A stretch of DNA of 63,266 nucleotides from positions 1-63,266 of the forward strand of contig JAFOBR010000050.1 of the NCBI GenBank assembly GCA_017381715.1, written 5' to 3'. The position numbers were made by a program, and so were the translations under genes. Of the stretch, positions 7,966 through 17,191 are shown piece after piece. The stretch is from Clostridia bacterium. Its GTDB lineage: Bacteria > Bacillota > Clostridia > Oscillospirales > CAG-382. The first letter of the stretch is position 1. Every line of letters starts with the position of its first letter. The notes beneath the pieces are model-generated. The model searched no databases, had not been told where the DNA came from, and worked only from the letters and a program-made list of their open reading frames with translations.

Positions 7966-8529
7966 ATGCCCAAATCCAAAAAAAGCACGCTGTTTTCTCT
8001 GCGTACTATGGTATGTTGTGCGATGATGATCGCTATCGCCGTTGTAATGGCACGTCTTATGTCCATCGTGCCGGAGGAATCCAGCCGTTTTTCTCTTGAA
8101 GCGGTGCCGATTTTCGTTTCCGGCATGCTGTTCGGTCCAGTTGCGGGAGCGGCTGTGGGATTTCTTTCCGATCTTATCGGCTGTCTGTTTTCGCCTTTCG
8201 GGTACAATCCGCTGTTTTGTCTGCCCCCGGTTATCTGTGGTTTGACAGCGGGATTGTTCAGAAGATATCTTGTTAAAAAGACAAGCATTTTCCGAATCGC
8301 CGTTGCATATTTGCCTTATATTCTTTTGGCTTGTATACTGTGGCAAAGCTTTGCTCTTGCCTTGGTTTACGGCGGAGATGCAAAAACAGCATATTTTCTT
8401 ACAAAACTTGCCACCCGTTCCGTTCAATACGGCATAACTTATGTTATCGACGTGATTTTGGTGTGGATCTTATATAAATCCAAAGTATTTACCGCCGCCA
8501 AGCTTTGGCAAGGAGAAAAGGAATCATAA
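7966..8529 (+). CDS. folT: Folate ECF transporter S component
   Basis: 187 aa, 5-6 TM helices, FolT-like sequence, preceded by the THF riboswitch and followed by folC. Confidence 0.85.
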   Translation: MPKSKKSTLFSLRTMVCCAMMIAIAVVMARLMSIVPEESSRFSLEAVPIFVSGMLFGPVAGAAVGFLSDLIGCLFSPFGYNPLFCLPPVICGLTAGLFRRYLVKKTSIFRIAVAYLPYILLACILWQSFALALVYGGDAKTAYFLTKLATRSVQYGITYVIDVILVWILYKSKVFTAAKLWQGEKES

Positions 8530-8530
8530 A

Positions 8531-9802
8531 ATGAATTATATCGAAGCTCTTGAATATATACATTCCGTATGCTGGAAGGGAAGTGTACCGGGACTTTCCA
8601 GAATAAGCAAACTGCTGTCTCTTATGGGAAATCCCGAACAAAAGCTTAAATACGTTCATATCGTCGGAACCAACGGGAAAGGCTCTACCGCATCCATTAT
8701 TACTTCCGTGCTTAAATCGGCGGGATATAAAGCGGGAATGTACACTTCTCCTTTTATCGTTTCCTTTAATGAACGTATACAGATAAACGGTCAAATGATC
8801 TCCGATGAATGCCTTGCGGAAATAACCGAATATATCAAGCCCTTTGCGGATTCCATGGAAGATCGCCCCACGGAATTTGAATTGGTTACCGCCGTAGCCT
8901 TTGAATATTTTTACCGCTGTAAGTGCGATATCGTTGTGCTCGAAGCTGGTATGGGCGGTGAATTTGATGCGACAAACGTAATTCCTTCGCCCGAAGTCGC
9001 TGTTTTTACAAATATAGGGCTTGACCATACCGATTATTTGGGCGATACTGTTGAGAAGATCGCTTTAACAAAATCGGGAATTCTCAAAAAGGGAAGCGAG
9101 TGCGTAATATATCCCTCCCACCCGAGCGCTGTAGAGGTTATAAAACAAAAATGCGAATCTCTTGATATTCCGTATACCGTAGTTGATTTCGGTTCGATCA
9201 ATCCCGTTTCCGCATCCATTGACGGTCAGATATTTGATTGGGCAGAATATAAATCACTTTCCACCGGACTTTTGGGCGCACATCAGCGCTGTAACGCCGC
9301 TACAGCTCTTACTGCGGTTAAAAAGCTTGCAGAAAGAGGATTTTCCATTTCCGAAGAAAACGTCCGTAACGGGCTTTTAAACGCCGTGTGGCAGGGAAGA
9401 TTTGAGGTGCTGCGTAAAAAACCGTTGTTTATCGTCGACGGCGGTCATAATCCGCAGTGTATGGAAGCGTTGGCAGAGAACATACGCGCTTATTTTCCCG
9501 ATACACGTTTGACGGTTTTGACCGGAGTTCTGGCAGATAAGGATTACGCCGCTATGTACGATCTTATCGCCCCCTACGTAAAGGAGTTTATCCTTGTAAC
9601 TCCGCCTTCTCCCCGTGCACTTCCCGCCAAAGAGCTTGGAGAAAAGCTTTTGGTGTACGGAAAGCCCATTATTGTCTGCGAGACTGTTTGTGAAGGTGTT
9701 GAAAAAGCTGTTTCCGCAGTTGAATCTGAAGGTGCAGTTCTTGCTTTCGGCTCCCTTTATATGATCGGCGATATAAAACAAGCTGTAGATAATATTATTT
9801 AA
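8531..9802 (+). CDS. folC: Folylpolyglutamate synthase / dihydrofolate synthase
   Basis: GTNGKGST P-loop, Mur-ligase architecture, 423 aa. Confidence 0.9.
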   Translation: MNYIEALEYIHSVCWKGSVPGLSRISKLLSLMGNPEQKLKYVHIVGTNGKGSTASIITSVLKSAGYKAGMYTSPFIVSFNERIQINGQMISDECLAEITEYIKPFADSMEDRPTEFELVTAVAFEYFYRCKCDIVVLEAGMGGEFDATNVIPSPEVAVFTNIGLDHTDYLGDTVEKIALTKSGILKKGSECVIYPSHPSAVEVIKQKCESLDIPYTVVDFGSINPVSASIDGQIFDWAEYKSLSTGLLGAHQRCNAATALTAVKKLAERGFSISEENVRNGLLNAVWQGRFEVLRKKPLFIVDGGHNPQCMEALAENIRAYFPDTRLTVLTGVLADKDYAAMYDLIAPYVKEFILVTPPSPRALPAKELGEKLLVYGKPIIVCETVCEGVEKAVSAVESEGAVLAFGSLYMIGDIKQAVDNII

Positions 9803-9812
9803 AGTAAAATTC

Positions 9813-9836
9813 GGGCAATTTTTTGCCCTTTTTTCT
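9813..9836 (+). terminator. Intrinsic terminator after folC
   Basis: GGGCA/ATTTTT/TGCCC followed by TTTTTTC. Confidence 0.6.
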
Positions 9837-9841
9837 TTTTT

Positions 9842-9867
9842 TGAACCTTTTCCTTATTTCAAGCGAC
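9842..9867 (+). promoter_or_regulatory. ECF-type promoter candidate (TGAACC-N16-CGAC)
   Basis: TGAACC 9842-9847, 16 nt, CGACTAT 9864-9870, 44 nt upstream of the sigma gene start. Confidence 0.35.
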
Positions 9868-9913
9868 TATATTAATGAAAACCGGTTTTTAATTTTTGAA
9901 AAGGAGGGATGAT

Positions 9914-11200
9914 GTGGATACAGTTTTTGAAAAGCTTTATTCGGAGCACTACCGTGCCGTTGAACGGTATGTTCGTTTCAAGGTATCGGATAAGTTCGAC
10001 AGCGACGATATTCTCCAAGAAATTCATATTGCCGCTTATCGAAGCTTTGGCGGGCTTAAAAGCAATGACGCATTTAAAAGTTGGCTGTTAAGTATTGCAC
10101 GGAATAAACTAAACGATTATTTCCGTAAAAAAGCAAGCAGGCTTGATATCCCCTTAGATAATCTTACGGATATCCGCCCGTTGGGTTCAATGCTGTGCAG
10201 AAGCAGTATTCCTGCAGTAACCGATACTCTCGAAAAATTGGGAGATAAGGATAAACAAATACTTTACCTTTATTTCTGGAAGCAGTATTCCCAATCAGAA
10301 ATTGCACAAAAGCTCGGTGTACCGTTAGGCACGGTAAAAAGCAGATTATCTTCGGCAAAAGCACATTTTAAAGAAAAATACCCTTATCATCCGAAACAAA
10401 AAGGAGAAACTGATATGAAAACTTTACCTGAAATTTTACCCGAATTTAAAATAAAAAAGATAGATAAACCGCCCTTTGAAGTTAAATGGGAAGAGCTTAT
10501 GGGCTGGTTTTTGGTGCCCAAAGAAGGAGAAAAGCTTTCCTGGGCGATGTACGATATGCCGCACAAAAAGCGCGGCGAAGTATGCCGAATGAGTGTTGTG
10601 GGCAAAGCCGAGGTGCACGGAATAGAAGGCGTGGAGATACATGCGGTGGAAACAAATCCTATGGGATGCAACAGCGCCGGAGGACAAAATAAGGTAGAGC
10701 GCAGCTTTGTCGCCCAGCTTACCGATACGCATTGCAGACTTCTTGCCGAAAGCCACACGGAGAACGGAGTAAAAAGGTATTATACCTTCCTTGACGGCGA
10801 TCCTTTTTTGGCAAATTGGGGATTCGGAGAGGACAACTGCGGCAACGAGGTAAATATCGCTCCAAAAGGAAATATTGTTTTTAAAAACGGCGAATATTTC
10901 GCAAAAGAAAAGGATTTTCTTTTGGACGTTGTGGGACGGTATGATGTCACGGTAAACGGCAAGACATACGATACCGTTTGCGTAATGGATTGCTATACTT
11001 ATATTGACGGCGCCGCTTCGCTTCAATTTATTGATAAGAACGGAAAAACAGTTCTGTGGCGCCGTTTCAACAGAAACGACTGGGCTTTCAACCGTTACGG
11101 TAAGCTATGGACAGAAATTCTGCCCAAAAGCGAAAAGATAGTAGTTAACGGTGATATCTATGTTAATTGGTATGATTGCATTACAGACTATATAATTTAA
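9914..11200 (+). CDS. ECF-like sigma-70 family factor with about 265 aa soluble C-terminal extension
   Basis: GTG 9914 six nt after AAGGAGGG; sigma region 2 (FKSWLLSIARNKLNDYFRK) and region 4 (SQSEIAQKLGVPLGTVKSRLSSAK); the remainder has no TM segment. Confidence 0.8.
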   Translation: MDTVFEKLYSEHYRAVERYVRFKVSDKFDSDDILQEIHIAAYRSFGGLKSNDAFKSWLLSIARNKLNDYFRKKASRLDIPLDNLTDIRPLGSMLCRSSIPAVTDTLEKLGDKDKQILYLYFWKQYSQSEIAQKLGVPLGTVKSRLSSAKAHFKEKYPYHPKQKGETDMKTLPEILPEFKIKKIDKPPFEVKWEELMGWFLVPKEGEKLSWAMYDMPHKKRGEVCRMSVVGKAEVHGIEGVEIHAVETNPMGCNSAGGQNKVERSFVAQLTDTHCRLLAESHTENGVKRYYTFLDGDPFLANWGFGEDNCGNEVNIAPKGNIVFKNGEYFAKEKDFLLDVVGRYDVTVNGKTYDTVCVMDCYTYIDGAASLQFIDKNGKTVLWRRFNRNDWAFNRYGKLWTEILPKSEKIVVNGDIYVNWYDCITDYII

Positions 11201-11217
11201 CTTAATTTAACTTTTTT

Positions 11218-11249
11218 ACATCGGCTGTGTTTTCAGCCGATGTTTTTTA
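11218..11249 (+). terminator. Intrinsic terminator
   Basis: ACATCGGCTG/TGTTTT/CAGCCGATGT followed by TTTTTT. Confidence 0.85.
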
Positions 11250-11324
11250 TTTCTTTTATTATGTTTTCTTAAAAAATGGGAATAACTTAAATATGAGCGA
11301 AAAAAGATTTATAAGAGGTAAAAA

Positions 11325-12596
11325 ATGAAAAAATATTTTAAAATCATTTCGTTTCTTTTGCTGTGTGTAATAACTGTAAGCATGCTGACAGCTTGTTTCG
11401 GCAGGGGAAACGATAGTTCGGAAGATTCCCAAACTACCAAAAAAAGTGAAATACGTGTATGGGTGCCTGAGGAAGTGGTAAAACTAACCCGTGATGCAGT
11501 TAACGGTTGGCTAGAAAAGGGCGGCAAGCAATACGCAGGCAAATATACTGTAACCGTAACCGCTATGAGCGAGGATAATTCAGCAACGCAGATGCTTACC
11601 GATGTTGAAGCCGGTGCGGATATATTCGGTTTCGCACAGGATCAGTTAGCACGTCTTGTTGCGGCAGGCGCCCTTTCGCCTTTGGGAGGAGATTTCCTTA
11701 CCGCCGTTCAAAATAACAATGACGAAGGCTCCGTTAAAGCCGCCACCTTGCAGGATAAGGTCTATGCTTATCCCCAGACGTCCGATAACGGATATTTTAT
11801 GTATTACGATAAGTCTGTTATAAAAGACCCCACGACGCTTGAAAATATCCTTGAAGACTGTAGATCAGCAGGAAAGAAATTTTATATGAATATGCAAAGC
11901 GGCTGGTATAATGTAACATTTTTCTTCGGTGCAGGTGCGGAAATAAGTTATGACGTTGGTAAAAGCGGAAATATCACCAACTGTAACAGCACCTTGGCAA
12001 CAGAAAAAGGTGTTACCGCTTTAAAAGGAATGGTTGCGTTGACCTCTCATCCTGCCTATGCCCAAAGCGAAAACGCATCTTCAAAGTTCAATCCAAACGG
12101 CGGGGATGCTGCGGCGCTTATTTCCGGCGTATGGGATTCCGAGGTTATTTCAAAGTTTTTGGGTGAAAACTACGGTGCCGCAAAACTGCCCACTTATACC
12201 GTTGACGGTACGAAATATCAGATGGGCAGCTTCGGCGGTTATAAAATGATCGGCGTAAAACCCCAGAAGGATTCGGAAAAGCTTGTGTTCTGCCATGCGC
12301 TGGCTGCCTTCCTTTCCGGTGAGGAAATGCAAACTCTTCGTTTTAAAGAAAAAGGCTGGGGTCCTTCAAATAAAAATGCCCAGTCATTGCAAGCCGTAAA
12401 AGAAAATATTGCTCTTTCCGCACTTGCATCACAGCTTGAGCATTCTGTTGCCCAAGGTCAGTATCCCAACGAATTCTGGAACATTATGGAAGCATTCGGT
12501 ACAGACCTTAACAGCGGAAAATTCGCCGCAAACACAGATGAACAGCTTTTGAATGCACTGAAATCTTTGGAAAACGACTTAAAAGGTGCCAAATAA
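11325..12596 (+). CDS. Sugar ABC transporter substrate-binding lipoprotein (MalE-like)
   Basis: Lipobox LTAC, 423 aa, family 1 solute-binding protein features, followed by two permeases and an ATPase. Confidence 0.85.
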   Translation: MKKYFKIISFLLLCVITVSMLTACFGRGNDSSEDSQTTKKSEIRVWVPEEVVKLTRDAVNGWLEKGGKQYAGKYTVTVTAMSEDNSATQMLTDVEAGADIFGFAQDQLARLVAAGALSPLGGDFLTAVQNNNDEGSVKAATLQDKVYAYPQTSDNGYFMYYDKSVIKDPTTLENILEDCRSAGKKFYMNMQSGWYNVTFFFGAGAEISYDVGKSGNITNCNSTLATEKGVTALKGMVALTSHPAYAQSENASSKFNPNGGDAAALISGVWDSEVISKFLGENYGAAKLPTYTVDGTKYQMGSFGGYKMIGVKPQKDSEKLVFCHALAAFLSGEEMQTLRFKEKGWGPSNKNAQSLQAVKENIALSALASQLEHSVAQGQYPNEFWNIMEAFGTDLNSGKFAANTDEQLLNALKSLENDLKGAK

Positions 12597-12605
12597 CACT
12601 GTTTT

Positions 12606-12635
12606 ACAGACAGCCGTAAACTTACGGCTGTCTGT
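12606..12635 (+). other. Intercistronic 14 bp perfect hairpin (no T-tract) between the binding-protein and permease genes
   Basis: ACAGACAGCCGTAA/AC/TTACGGCTGTCTGT; the position suggests an mRNA-stabilising or partial-attenuating element that sets binding-protein/permease stoichiometry. Confidence 0.6.
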
Positions 12636-12653
12636 ATCGGAAGGATACATCAT

Positions 12654-14165
12654 ATGTTGAACCGTGATTTATTGGAATTTTATAAACTTAACGGTCTGCA
12701 AAAAGCTTTTTATAAAATTTTGTGGTTTATTACCGCCATACCGAAAACAACAGTAAATTTATTTAAAAAAATCTTTTATTCTGTAAAAGGATTTATATTA
12801 AAAACGTTTTCGGTGTTCAGAAATATCGTACGTATTTTTAAAGAAGGGGATATATATACAAGAATATCCTATTTTATAATGGGATTCGGGCAGTTTTTTC
12901 GTAAACAGCCGTTAAGAGGAATTCTGTTTTTGGTTTTTCAGCTGGTTTTCACTCTTTATATGCTTTTATTCGGCGTAAATCATATCGGCAAGCTGGATAA
13001 CCTCGGTGATGTTGCGGCTGTAACAGTTATAAATGAATACGGACTTGAAGTTATTGAATACAAAGATAACAGCTTGCAGATACTTTTGTACGGCGTGCTC
13101 ACTTTATTTTTCTGTCTTGGATTTATATATACATGGTATGTTAACGTAAAACAAAATTGGGTTGCCCAAAATCTTATAGCAAAAGGATCAAAGCCCAAAA
13201 ATGCGGTGGAGGACATTCATTCTCTCGCAGACGAGCAATACCACAAAACTTTGTTGACGTTGCCCCTTGCCGGGATACTGGTGTTTACCGTAATACCGTT
13301 ATTATTTATGGTTTTAGTGGCGTTTACCAACTACGATTACACCCATCTTCCGCCTTCAAAGCTGTTTACTTGGGTAGGGCTTGATAATTTTAAAAGTCTT
13401 TTGGGCGTGCAGGTTGCAGACGGAAAGTTTGCTTTTACCTTTGGCGAAATACTTGTCTGGACACTTATATGGGCGTTTTTTGCCACCTTTACCAATTATT
13501 TTTTGGGTATTCTTGTGGCAATGCTCATTAATAAAAAAGGTATTAGATTCAAAAAGGGATTCCGCACCCTGCTTATATTTACCATAGCCGTGCCACAGTT
13601 TGTTTCGCTTTTGCTCATTTCAAAAATGCTGGCGGATGACGGTGCGATAAACGGTATTCTTTTTCAGTTGGGATTAATAAAAGAAAACATTAAATGGCTA
13701 ACCGATCCGATACTTGCAAGAGTAACGGTAATTTTGGTAAATATATGGCTGGGAATTCCGTATACTATGCTTATAGCTACGGGTATACTCATAAATATTC
13801 CTGCCGACCTTTACGAATCCGCACGTATCGACGGTGCAAGCGGTATAAAAAGGTTTACTAAAATAACAATGCCTTATATGCTTTTTGTTACCGGTCCTTA
13901 TCTGCTTACTACCTTTGTGGGAAATATAAATAACTTTAACGTTATATATCTTCTTACCGGCGGTGCGCCCAAAACTACGGATTTTACCGGCGGAGCAGGG
14001 TATACGGACCTGCTTATAACATGGCTGTATAAGCTTACACTTACGGATAACGATTACAAAATGGCGGCGGTGATAGGTATAATGACCTTTGTGGTTGTGG
14101 CAGGTATTTCCCTTGTGGTTTATAATCTTTCGCCTTCTGTTAAAAACGAGGAAAGCTTCCAATGA
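12654..14165 (+). CDS. Sugar ABC transporter permease (MalF-like, long N-terminus)
   Basis: 503 aa, multi-TM, EAA-loop-like YESARIDGASGIKRF. Confidence 0.85.
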   Translation: MLNRDLLEFYKLNGLQKAFYKILWFITAIPKTTVNLFKKIFYSVKGFILKTFSVFRNIVRIFKEGDIYTRISYFIMGFGQFFRKQPLRGILFLVFQLVFTLYMLLFGVNHIGKLDNLGDVAAVTVINEYGLEVIEYKDNSLQILLYGVLTLFFCLGFIYTWYVNVKQNWVAQNLIAKGSKPKNAVEDIHSLADEQYHKTLLTLPLAGILVFTVIPLLFMVLVAFTNYDYTHLPPSKLFTWVGLDNFKSLLGVQVADGKFAFTFGEILVWTLIWAFFATFTNYFLGILVAMLINKKGIRFKKGFRTLLIFTIAVPQFVSLLLISKMLADDGAINGILFQLGLIKENIKWLTDPILARVTVILVNIWLGIPYTMLIATGILINIPADLYESARIDGASGIKRFTKITMPYMLFVTGPYLLTTFVGNINNFNVIYLLTGGAPKTTDFTGGAGYTDLLITWLYKLTLTDNDYKMAAVIGIMTFVVVAGISLVVYNLSPSVKNEESFQ

Positions 14166-15022
14166 AAACAATGGTATCAAGCGTTTCAAAAAAGCATAAA
14201 ATATCAAACCTATTGGTTTATATCTTGCTTATATTTATATGTGTAGTATGGCTTATGCCCTTTGTTTATCTTATCTTTCAGGCTTTCAGAGGTGAATCGA
14301 GAGGTATGGTAAGCTATATACTGCCCAAAGAATGGTCGCTTGCGAATTTCAAAATACTGTTTAACGAAACCAATTTTGTGAATTGGTATCTCAATACCGT
14401 AATTATCGCGCTTTTTACCGCTTTTTTCCAGACTGTCATCGTCCTTTCCGTAAGCTACACTCTTTCAAGGCTTCGCTTCAGAGGAAGACGACTGCTTATG
14501 AATATGATACTGGTTTTGGAAATGTTCCCCGGTTTCCTTTCAATGATCGCCGTATACTTTATTTTAAAGCTTATCGGATTTACGGGGCCGGGCTCGGTGC
14601 CCGGGCTTATATTGGTATATATCGGTAGTTCGGGAATGGGATATTACGTAGCAAAGGGATTTTTCGATACGATTCCCCGTTCCCTTGATGAAGCCGCGCG
14701 GATAGACGGCGCCAGCAGGGCAAGGGTATTTTATAAAATTATACTTCCTATGGCAAAGCCGATAATCATATATACCGTAATGATGGCTTTTATCGCGCCA
14801 TGGGGCGACTATATGTTTGCTTCCTTAATAACCTTTGGTTACGAAGAGGCGTACAACGTAGCGGTGGGATTATTTACTTTTCTTGACCGAGAGCATATAA
14901 ATAACTACTTCACTGTGTTCTGCGCAGGTGGACTGCTGGTGGCACTACCTATAACCGTTTTGTTTATGATGCTGCAGAAATATTACGTAGAAGGCGTAAC
15001 CGGCGGCGCGGTAAAAGGTTAA
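14162..15022 (+). CDS. Sugar ABC transporter permease (MalG-like)
   Basis: 286 aa, EAA loop LDEAARIDGASRARVF, ATGA overlap with the upstream permease. Confidence 0.88.
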   Translation: MKTMVSSVSKKHKISNLLVYILLIFICVVWLMPFVYLIFQAFRGESRGMVSYILPKEWSLANFKILFNETNFVNWYLNTVIIALFTAFFQTVIVLSVSYTLSRLRFRGRRLLMNMILVLEMFPGFLSMIAVYFILKLIGFTGPGSVPGLILVYIGSSGMGYYVAKGFFDTIPRSLDEAARIDGASRARVFYKIILPMAKPIIIYTVMMAFIAPWGDYMFASLITFGYEEAYNVAVGLFTFLDREHINNYFTVFCAGGLLVALPITVLFMMLQKYYVEGVTGGAVKG

Positions 15023-15042
15023 AAAGCAAGGGGGAGTATTTT

Positions 15043-16167
15043 TTGGCAAGCGTGGTTTTAAACGGCGTTAAAAAAATATATAAAGGCGGCTTTACCGCGG
15101 TAAAAAACTTTGATCTGGAGATAAAGGACAAAGAGTTTGTGGTGTTTGTCGGTCCTTCGGGATGCGGAAAAAGCACCACTCTGCGGATGATCGCAGGTCT
15201 TGAAGAGATATCCGAAGGGAAAATATATATAGACGGAAAGTGCGTTAACGATACCGAACCAAAGGACAGAGATATAGCCATGGTATTTCAAAATTACGCA
15301 CTTTATCCCCACATGTCCGTATATGAAAATATGGCGTTTGGTCTTGTTTTGCGACGTGTTAATAAAGAAGAGATACACCGCCGTGTGCTTGAAGCGGCGG
15401 AGATACTGGGCATATCGGATCTGCTTGGCAGAACGCCCCGCGCACTTTCCGGCGGACAGCGGCAGAGAGTAGCAATAGGACGTGCTATAGTGCGCGTTCC
15501 CCGCGTTTTTTTAATGGACGAGCCCTTGTCCAACCTTGATGCAAAACTGCGTAATCAGATGCGTACGGAGATTATGCTGCTGCGTGAAAAGATAGATACT
15601 ACCTTTGTGTACGTTACCCACGACCAGACAGAAGCAATGACGCTGGGAGACCGTATCGTTATTATGAAGGACGGGTATATCCAGCAAGTAGGCACACCGA
15701 GAGAGGTGTTTGAAGCTCCTGCAAATACCTTTGTGGCAGGGTTTATCGGCTCGCCTCCGATGAACTTTTTTAAAGCCGGTATTACTGGAGGCAAAGAAAA
15801 ACCTTATTTATCTATCTGCGGAACGGAAATACCCGTTTCAAAAAAAGTTTTGGAAAACATCAATTTGCCCGAAGATAAAAAGGTGCTTTTGGGCATCCGT
15901 CCGGAACACATTTATATTGCCTCGGGAGAGGGCATTTCCGGGGAAATAAAGGTTTCGGAAATGATGGGAAGCGAGCTTCACGTACATCTTATCACCGAAG
16001 ATGGCACAAATGTAGTGGTTCGCGTACCCACACTTGAACTTTCCGAAAAGGATAAATCACTTCTTCTTCCGCATAACACCGTTAATTTCAGTCTGCGAGA
16101 ACAGGCGCTTCACTTTTTTGATACGAAAACCGGAATGAATATTAATAAAACGAGCAGCTATCAATAG
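15043..16167 (+). CDS. Sugar ABC transporter ATP-binding protein (MsmK/MalK/UgpC type)
   Basis: Walker A GPSGCGKST, signature LSGGQRQR, Walker B FLMDEP; TTG start after GGGGGAG. Confidence 0.9.
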   Translation: MASVVLNGVKKIYKGGFTAVKNFDLEIKDKEFVVFVGPSGCGKSTTLRMIAGLEEISEGKIYIDGKCVNDTEPKDRDIAMVFQNYALYPHMSVYENMAFGLVLRRVNKEEIHRRVLEAAEILGISDLLGRTPRALSGGQRQRVAIGRAIVRVPRVFLMDEPLSNLDAKLRNQMRTEIMLLREKIDTTFVYVTHDQTEAMTLGDRIVIMKDGYIQQVGTPREVFEAPANTFVAGFIGSPPMNFFKAGITGGKEKPYLSICGTEIPVSKKVLENINLPEDKKVLLGIRPEHIYIASGEGISGEIKVSEMMGSELHVHLITEDGTNVVVRVPTLELSEKDKSLLLPHNTVNFSLREQALHFFDTKTGMNINKTSSYQ

Positions 16168-16195
16168 TGATAACTGCTCATTGTTTGTTGTATTA

Positions 16196-16759
16196 TTACT
16201 TATTTTCTTCGATCTTTTTGATAGTATCTTTGTTGATTTCAGCTTTAAGCTCTTTTGTCCATTCCGACCACGCCACGTTTTCTTCGCCATACGTGAGATT
16301 GAGAGAGTACTCCAGAGGGAGCCATGTGCTTATATCGGATTCGTTGTGAGCGATGACCGCCTCCATATTATCCAGAGATTTCCAAAGCTTCGCTTCAGGT
16401 GTTTCAAGCTTTTCCATTTCGTCAAACAGGGCGGAAAGCTCTTTTTCTACGGTGGCGGGAAGTCTTTTAAGCAGTTTATCTATAGCTTTCTCTTCTGTAT
16501 CCTCGTGTTCCTCCGTTTTATAAAAAGCGGGGATATCTCCCGTGACCGCCTCTCCGAAATCGTGAACAAGACACATTTTTATAACCTTATCAATATCAAC
16601 TTCGGGAAATTCATCCTTGCACAGCATTGCCATAAGAGCTATTCGCCAAGAATGGTCGGCAACGCTTTCCGGACGGTTTTCTGCGGTATAACAATGTCTG
16701 TAGGTAGTTTTAAGCTTTCCGATAAATGTTGTAAAATCTATAAGTTCTCTGGGTGTCAT
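16196..16759 (-). CDS. HD domain protein (YfbR-like 5'-deoxynucleotidase family)
   Basis: ADHSWR...LVHDFGEAVTGDIP HD motif, 187 aa. Confidence 0.8.
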   Translation of the reverse strand: MTPRELIDFTTFIGKLKTTYRHCYTAENRPESVADHSWRIALMAMLCKDEFPEVDIDKVIKMCLVHDFGEAVTGDIPAFYKTEEHEDTEEKAIDKLLKRLPATVEKELSALFDEMEKLETPEAKLWKSLDNMEAVIAHNESDISTWLPLEYSLNLTYGEENVAWSEWTKELKAEINKDTIKKIEENK

Positions 16760-16948
16760 CGTACTGCTCCTTCTAAATAGATTATCTCCATAGTTATTAT
16801 ATCATAAACCTGCGTATTTGTCAGCATAAAATATAAATTATTTCTCGTTACGGCTATATAAAGTATATAAAAGCAATTGGTTTTCCCTTGACTTTTTCTT
16901 TTATTTATATTATACTATGTGCCGTTCCTTAAAAACATTTCATAATTT

Positions 16949-17025
16949 CGGGGTGTGGCTCAGTTTGGTAGAGCGCTTGGTTCGGGACCAAGAGGCCGGA
17001 GGTTCAAATCCTCTCACTCCGACCA
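16949..17025 (+). tRNA. tRNA-Pro (anticodon CGG), CCA encoded
   Basis: Acceptor CGGGGTG/CACTCCG, anticodon stem CTTGG/CCAAG with loop TTCGGGA, T-arm GGAGGTTCAAATCCTCT, 77 nt. Confidence 0.9.
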
Positions 17026-17028
17026 AAA

Positions 17029-17057
17029 ATCGACAGGTTTCAACCTGTCGATTTTTT
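17029..17057 (+). terminator. Intrinsic terminator after tRNA-Pro
   Basis: ATCGACAGG/TTTCAA/CCTGTCGAT followed by TTTTT. Confidence 0.85.
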
Positions 17058-17134
17058 ATCTATTGCAAAGAACTGTATTTTGCTTTCGCAATATGTTATA
17101 ATACTTAAAAAAGCGAATAATTTTTAAAAACACC

Positions 17135-17157
17135 GAACCTTTTTCAAATTACGCGAC
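17135..17157 (+). promoter_or_regulatory. ECF-type promoter candidate (GAACC-N14-CGAC)
   Basis: GAACCTTTTT 17135-17144 and CGACC 17154-17158; shares GAACCTTTT...CGAC with 9842-9867, but the spacer is 2 nt shorter. Confidence 0.3.
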
Positions 17158-17191
17158 CTTGTAAACGAAAGCTTTCAAAAGAGGTACCAAA

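Noticed and set aside
7776-8427. 170 aa and 161 aa minus-strand ORFs
   Set aside because: They overlap the THF riboswitch and folT, both of which are strongly supported on the plus strand.
16181-16780. 199 aa plus-strand ORF opposite the HD-domain gene
   Set aside because: The minus-strand gene has the HD motif and a good RBS. The plus-strand ORF has neither.
16949-17025. tRNA-Pro as a genomic-island integration site
   Set aside because: No integrase or other mobility gene is nearby. I saw no direct repeat of the tRNA 3' end downstream. The tRNA has its own promoter-like region and terminator.
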